A stretch of 64,000 nucleotides of DNA from Vermamoeba vermiformis (lineage: Eukaryota). A program made the position numbers and the translations under genes. This document shows positions 56,964 through 64,000 of this stretch, in pieces (the stretch's first letter is position 1; each line of letters begins with the position of its first letter). The stretch lies in contig JBEWZL010000053.1 in NCBI GenBank assembly GCA_045837725.1, positions 62,001 through 126,000 on the forward strand, in the 5' to 3' direction. The notes beneath the pieces were generated by a model. It searched no databases. It saw nothing but the letters and a program-made list of their open reading frames with translations, and had not been told where the DNA came from.

Positions 56964-59364
56964 TTATTGCACGATGCAACGTCTTTTTTTGCCTGCGTAA
57001 GGGTAATTAGCAGTTGTAAGTAATTGACAACAGAATGTACCTTTCTTTCCAACAGTAGCCTTCCATTCATCGTACAACTGATGGTACTCTGCGCCAGGCC
57101 ACTGACCACGCAGCACTTCTTCACGATTGCCTAATGTCATGTCATTTTTGAACCACGACTTGTCACTGATGGTGTCAAAGTTTACTTGCATCCACCAAAT
57201 ACAATAGGCCCTCAGTTGTTGCAACTCGAGCTCTTCAGCCAGGGTCAGTACTTCGAGCACGAATCCGTGTGCATCGCTCTTGTCTTCGTCTTGCACCAAG
57301 TCGCGCAAGTGACACGCACAGTGCGATGCGTATTCTTTTAGGTTCATCTAAAGTGCGGTGTAAGATTAAAACCGAGAATAGATTCGAAACAAACCTTGAC
57401 GAGTTTTGGCAGAATTTCCAACGAATACGAAGGAGGCTTGTTACTGAAGTACACAGTGCAAGTGTACAAGAATCGTTTCACTGCTTCGAATTCCATGTCG
57501 GTCATGTCAACTTTAATTGTGTTGTTTTGTTCACTATCGGCCAGAATTGCACCAAAATGATCACTTCCTGCCACGAGCAGTGCCTACACAATCATCAAAA
57601 TGTTAATTTAATCTACGATAAAAATGCATACGAGTCTCTTTAATGTTACCTTGGGGCAGTACTCTCGTTTCTGGGTCGGAAGTTCAATGCAGACGTCTGC
57701 AAACGGTGGAAAAGGCGATCTATTGTTGTTATTATTGTTTTTTTTTCATCGTCACTACTTTGAGCCAATGACAACAAGAATCTATTTCGCTCATCTGGCG
57801 TGAAGCGAGGATAACGTTGGAAGAATGTTAGGGCCTCTTGAACAGCTGAATCTGAAAACTCTTGTGATGATGGAGGCGATGCTGCGGATAAGTCAGTTAG
57901 TTTTGAGGTAAAAATCAATTCTTTATCACTGTAATGAAGGAACGCACCAGTGTAGCACGACTTAAGTACGACCAAGAACGCTTCATATGAAAAATTATTG
58001 ACATCAATCGTCACGTGCCCTTCTCGTTGCCAATCTGTTGCTTGATTCTGTTCAGCAGGAAGAGTGTTGTTCGTCATTGTGAACATCGGAGGCAGTTCCG
58101 TTGATCTGGTGACGAAGATCTTCTGAAACATGGGACTTGAGGCACTTAACACCACTTTGTGAGCGAATAGCTCTCTGTAGCGATATGAGTTACCAGTTTA
58201 AATCAGTTGTACTGAGTGAAATCCCATCGAAATTTCAACTTTGATAGGCCTATGAACGTACTTGTCCTGCACTCGGAAAGTGACATCCGAGAACTGTTTG
58301 TTGTTCACCAATGAAGCAAATCGAGCATCAGTGAAGGTGAGAGGAGACACAACAGGTGGTTCTGGTTTTTTTGGCGGTAGTGGGGCTGGTTCTTTAATCG
58401 CTTTTGGATTGATAACCGCTCGAACTGCCGTGTCAAAAACGTGCTTCAAATTGTGCTGCGTTAGCGCTGAACTATTCATTCAATATTCGTCAGTAAAATT
58501 GTCAATGAGCATAGTAAAGGTCGTACCATTCAACGTAAGTCACTGCGCCAATTTGACGAGCTAATTGTAGTCCTTCTTCGGGTGTAACTGGATCCGGTCC
58601 CAAGTCGTCTATTTTGCCGAACAATGTCGATGGAAAGTCTCTCAAATCAATTTTGGTGCCTACAAGGATAAACGGTATGCCAGGACAGTGATGATGGATC
58701 TCAGGAATCCACTAAAAAACTATTTTTAGAATTGCTGCATCGAATCCGTCAAAAAATTACCTTCAAAGTAATATTTCTGAAGCTTTGTCGCGAGTTAACG
58801 GCGAAGCAGACCCAAAAAACATCTGCAGGCATTAATTTTACACGAGATGACAAAAGAAGAAGATGTTAGCGCTTACTAGTTTGCGGATACGCGAGAGGAC
58901 GAAGTCGATCTGGCAAATTCAGTTACAATAAGAACCCTTAAAGCTATCAAAATAATATTACCATAGTCTTCGGATCCTGCCGTATCCCACAGCCCTAAGC
59001 TAACGTTCCTGCCGTCCACCATAACCTTTTCTTTTTGAATTAGTTAAAGCGCTTCGTATTCGTAACAATTTATTGATTAAAAATGTAGAATACTTACTGT
59101 TGGGTTAAAATTGTCGAAAACCTATTCAATTAATTAATAAACTAAAACTCTTAATTAAATAAATTTTGGATTCGCTTACGGTGGGTATGTACTCTGAAGG
59201 GAAAGGAGTTCGATGTATACGCAATAAGCACACAAGTCTAAAATACCAATATTAATTGCGATTATTAGCGAATAAGCAATTTTACGGCAGATCGCTAGCA
59301 GATCCTCCTCCATTACCTTTCCAACCCCCGTATCTCCAACAACTACAAGCTTAAGGTTCTGCAT
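56964..59364 (-). CDS. RhoBTB/RacA-like protein: Rac GTPase + Pro-rich + two BTB + CaaX
   Basis: LKLVVVGDTGVGK|TC, YIPT|VFDNF, LGLWDTAGSEDY|DRLRPLAYPQT, WIPEIHHHCP, VGTKIDLR; BTB FSDVTFRV, AHKVVLSASS.MF; ends KKRRCIVQ. Confidence 0.88.
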
Positions 59365-59891
59365 TATTTATGTATATTCCATTAAACAAATTCGAAATTA
59401 TTAATCTCAAGAAAAAATTTCGTTCAGCTAATTGCCGGCGTGCACAATCCTGTCACTTGTCATAATATTATCAATCATGTCAGGAATATTTTTGGAAAGT
59501 CGTAGCGTTACAGTGCTCATTATGTAAATATGCTTAAGCACTAGTATAGTTAAGAGATTGGATTTTCAACCAGGGTTCTTTCGGCCTCTTTGGATCTGCT
59601 TCGCGAAGACGAATCGCCCAAGCAAAAGCACACAACCGCCGCCGTGCGAAGCGGGAGTAGCATCAGTTTTGGGTGAGGGTGGTAAGGGTAGTACGGTTTG
59701 GGAGGGACAGAAATGCGCGGGGCGGGGAGTGACGGGAGATGGCTCGGCACTTTATCGCTCTTGGAAGTCGGAATGGCATGCCAGTCAGTACTGGGATCCG
59801 GCTCAAAAAAATTTATTAATCTTCTTAAAGGTTCGGGTTTATTTACAAGTTTAACTATCAGATTGTATGGTCTATAGTATATATTCACAAT

Positions 59892-61008
59892 TTAGCTAAT
59901 ATTACAGGTGCAACACGATCGGCTGTTGTTGCGATTGTACTGCTCAAAGTTGGCGCGAAAGTTATCGTTTTGCAAGTCACTGTTTGAGATTGGTTTCGGT
60001 GTCTTGGCGAACCACTTCTTTGGCTGGTCATCTGGCAGTCTATTTAATATAATCGGCGTTAGTTTAATTAGTCTCGAAATTGAACCGATCCGAATCTAGC
60101 GTTGAAACCAAAAATAACGTTATCTTAATTATTATTGTACGATTCATGCCATAAATGGAAATAATATTATTGGACAGATAAATAGGCAAATAATTATTAG
60201 TTCTCTTTCGAGCTTGACTTCTCAAATAGAAAAATTATGGATTAGATCCGCCTTTAAAAATGCATGCAGAGTAATGTTGCGAATTAAATCACCTTAAATA
60301 TGCATAGTACTATATTAGATTACTATTTTAACGTACCCTAATTGGTCTAACACTTCTTTTCGCAACATTTCTCGATAGGCTTCTGCTCGTTGGCTTGAAT
60401 ACCGGTCTAAGAGTGTGGCCGGCTTTAAATCTAAATACTCTCGTGCCCTTTTGTTACCACCTAATTTCATATGCGTAGCAAACTTCTCTGTCCATTTATC
60501 TAAAGACACGGATCTGATCGGAAAAAATCAGAAAAATGGGAATTAATTTAGATTAATTGTTAATTAGTACCTTACGAAGCTAATATGCGTACCAAAGCCT
60601 ATAATTATAATTATAACGTTAATCTTCCGTTACAATGCGATTTGTAAAAATCAGATTATTACGGATTCCAGATCTCGCATTGATTGTTTAATTACCTCGA
60701 TGTTTGCCGGCACAATTTAAGCATATAAATATTCCATATGTTACTGAGACCCATTGAGCAGGTAACGCACCGCAATCAAAACAGTGCTAAAATTAGAAAC
60801 ACATTAATTAGAAAAAAATGCTAATAATTAGCATTGATATATGCAATAAAATCAGTAAATAATTATTATATAATAATTGCCCCTGTGGGAAATTTAATTT
60901 GGCTATTTGATGCATCTGGCACAAAAAAGTGAAAAATCAGGGCGTTATCATTACCTTATTATCTTCCTCGTTAGCTAATTGTTCGACTAATTTCTCCCAA
61001 GGATCCAT
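59892..61008 (-). CDS. Short ArfGAP-domain protein ending in a CaaX-like motif
   Basis: [52 protein letters not shown]; the last exon ends SCCTCNIS*. Confidence 0.88.
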
Positions 61009-61300
61009 ATTATAATTTGTCCTGTTTTAATATATGTGTGGTCCGCGAATCTTTGTGACACAAAAAATGAAACGTGATCTTCTAACGATTTTTCGCCAGT
61101 CGTGTCACGCGCCGCTGAAATTGGCCTAAGACATTTCGAAATATTAAATTATTTATTTATTGAGTTGATAACAACGGTTCCGACGGACTTGAATTGATCT
61201 GTTAACCCGGATTTTCGCTCCATGGCCACGGATTTGAATAGCAGAGTCTGAAATAATTGTATTTAGTATCAAATAGCTGTATTATATATTTATAGTGATT

Positions 61301-63512
61301 ATGGAAGATATATCCGCGGAAAAAACGCTGCTGCAATCAACGACTAACGAACATCCACCGCCCAATCCACCAACACAAGTTTCCCAAAGGAAAAAAATAA
61401 TTAAATTAATATTTGGCATTATATGTATGATAGGAATAGTTGTAGGATGGGTAAGAACAATTACGTTCGTTATTAAAATTTAATTTTTGGATCACGCGCC
61501 CAGAAAATAATGCAATTAATTCTGTTTATATCGAATATGCCCTGATCATATTATTAATAGGTTGGTGGAGCATTTATAACTCAAATCATCGAGAAAAAAT
61601 CGTTCGATAAGCCAATGTTCATTTTCTATTGGAACACCAACTTTTTTATTCTCTGCGGCATCGTGCAAATTGCTGTCGATGTATACAAATACACTAAACA
61701 TGGTAAGTATAATTACATTTATATTATTAGTCCTTTTCTGTTGATTTGATCCGAAAAACTTCGATCCGGATTCATTTTGCTAAATTAGTTGCTTTTTAGG
61801 AAGGAAACTACCAGTATACTATAAATGGACTTTAAAATCAGATTCATACGAAAAAATGGTCAATCTAAACGAAGAGCCTGAAAATCAAAAAGTAACGAAA
61901 GATCTGACATTGCTACGCCTATTTTTATCTTGCTTAGTATTAACTGTAATGTGGGTCAGTTCAGGTACGCAATTAATTACTAAAATATTCATAAACGACA
62001 CCTAATAAGGTTATTTTTTTAAGGTTACATGTGGTTCGTTGGATTAAGTTTGACTTCAGTTTCGAATAGCAGCGCCATTTATCAATGCGCGTCATTCTTT
62101 GTGTTTATATTCTCATTTTTGTTCCTAAACGAAAAGGTACGATTATACTCACTCGTAATAACGAATAATATAAAACTTTATTACTGGAACTGTGTAGATG
62201 AAGAAAATTACCCACAAGTGGTTCCCCCCCCCGATTTTAACCCCTTCTTAAAATTTTTTTTTAATCATTTGAACCAAAGAATTTTTCGACATCCGAGAAT
62301 CTGAATCCAAATTTTTAAACAAATGGACTAATTTTAGCGATTTTAAATCCTAATATTTACTTTTTAGGCAAATTTATCAAAAACATTAGCGGTCTTAGTT
62401 TCCATGGCCGGAGTATTTCTGATTTCTTACGTGGGTGCATCCAGTACAAAATCGGAAGAATTTCCTCGCGAACTAGAAGGCAATATTTATATGCTCGGCT
62501 CTGCATTTACATGGGGATTGTACGAAGTATTTTACAAGAAATTCATTGGTGACGCTAAACTGGACGTAAGTACATTCTCTTTCGATTTTGATCAAATTTT
62601 CGAAAAGGCAACCTTTTGACACGTGTCAAACGAAACTTTGCAAACATTTTTCGTTTAGAACGTGATAAATTTGAGAAATTTGTTCGGTTATTGTTCGATT
62701 CTAAATCTGCAAGCAGAAGATATTTTTTTTGGCACCGTGAAAAATATTATTAAAGTTGACACGTGTCATTTTTCTTTATACCCAATTTAGGCAATTGATG
62801 ATTAACAGAAACAAAATGTCGCCGAAAAATAATCCGAAGCGATCGAGCAGTGAGCGTAAAATATTTTTCTAATTAATTTTTTTTATTTTTTCACAGGTGG
62901 TGAATATGTACATGATGGTGATGGGTCTTATTAACGTGTTCTTATTGTGGCCTATTCTCGTCATACTGCACTACACGGGCATCGAAACTTTTGAATTCCC
63001 TTCGTTTGACTTGACAATGTGGCTCTTATTCAACGCAGCTGTGGGTCTCACTTTGAACTACTTAATTATGCTCTCCATCGCACTAACGTCACCGCTATTT
63101 ACGCGCATTGGTGAAATGTGCACCATTCCTGGCTCCATGCTCGTGGATCTCGTCATTCTCAAACAGATCTTCCCTGTCAGTTGGTACTTTGGTACGCACT
63201 AACAAGCACCATTTTCTATTTTATCGTTGTTAATATAATTATAATACTTTAATCTTTTTTTGAAATTTTTGCCACCGCGTAAAAGTTAAATTTTCGATGC
63301 AAACATTTGAATGGTAAAATTAAGGAAATTAATTCTTAATATTCTTGTTAGGTGCTCTAATGGTGATTGGTGGATTTGTGTTACTAAATGTAGCATATGT
63401 CTATGAGACTAAGCACGAGAAGAAAGACCCGAACGACGCGTCGACGTTGTGGGAGAAAATTTGGTGCAAATCGTGTCAAATTCATTGGAAAAAACGAAGG
63501 CGGCAGAATTAA
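61301..63512 (+). CDS. SLC35F-like drug/metabolite (DMT) transporter
   Basis: GWVGG.FITQ..FDKPMFIFY, YMWFVGLSLTSVSNSSAI, FVFIFSFLFLNEK, WGLYEVFYKK, LHYTGIETFEFP, IALTSPLF..IG..TIP. Confidence 0.85.
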
Positions 63513-63845
63513 AAAAGCATTAATAATATAACGATTCTGATTCACTAATATATTAATAGTATTAATAGTTAGTTTAGCTTTTCCCGCGTGGAATGGAACC
63601 GGTCAAAAAGAAAGTTGTTCAAAAAATTGACTTTATATTTTACAAGATTTAAATATGAGTATCAATATGGTATGTATGATTTACAACGAGGGTTTTTGTT
63701 GTATATACATGCTACTTGGCTAACAAGTAATGTTTTTGATATGTACTACGTTTTACTGGAAGAAAACACATCTGTTGCGATAAATAATTGTTTAATAAAA
63801 CTAAAATTACAAATTCGATGGATTACAAGCGACACGAGGCCTATC

Positions 63846-64000
63846 TTATATTTCAGGAGCAGGCTTATCATTTTGCAAATAGTGTTGCAATCTGCCTTCA
63901 AGCTCGAAGATTTTGTTCTTCAAGGTCATGTTCTCGTGGAAGGTTTTCTCGTACATGTCGCGGTAGTCTTCCTTTGTCGTCTCTCGCAGCTTCTTATTTT
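63846..64000 (-). CDS. 3' end of a coiled-coil protein (partial)
   Basis: Open frame NKKLRETTKEDYRDMYEKTFHENMTLKNKIFELEGRLQHYLQNDKPAPEI*. Confidence 0.55.
   Translation of the reverse strand, partial: NKKLRETTKEDYRDMYEKTFHENMTLKNKIFELEGRLQHYLQNDKPAPEI

Overview
Eukaryotic, AT-rich, gene-dense genomic DNA with many short spliceosomal introns (GTAAG/GTACG donors, CTAAC/CTAAT branch points, YAG acceptors). Gene content (RacA-type RhoBTB, Entamoeba-TMK-like receptor kinases, Clu-like proteins) suggests an amoeboid protist, probably Amoebozoa; this is inference. I assembled about 24 genes by hand across introns: UNC93-like MFS, two SUKH/SMI1 paralogs, F-box/LRR, MYND remnant, Era, zinc-ribbon/PX, MESH1, BTB-ankyrin, Ig-repeat and EGF receptor kinases, CUE-SNF2-RING, a GPI-anchored protein, EndoV, MsrA, a large ABCG, a head-to-head Clu/RCC1/SAM pair, RhoBTB, ArfGAP and SLC35F. 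Main observations: (1) an intact-looking 5S rRNA gene inside an intron of the Era gene; (2) a cluster of NLS-bearing SUKH (bacterial toxin-immunity fold) paralogs, one with an inserted TFIIS-central domain; (3) the 12-bp palindrome TGACACGTGTCA repeated 8 times, 7 of them in introns; (4) a receptor kinase with about 11 bacterial-like Ig repeats; (5) nine single-base frameshifts in otherwise intact genes, most likely assembly errors. Exon boundaries and domain calls are by eye; no database searches were run.
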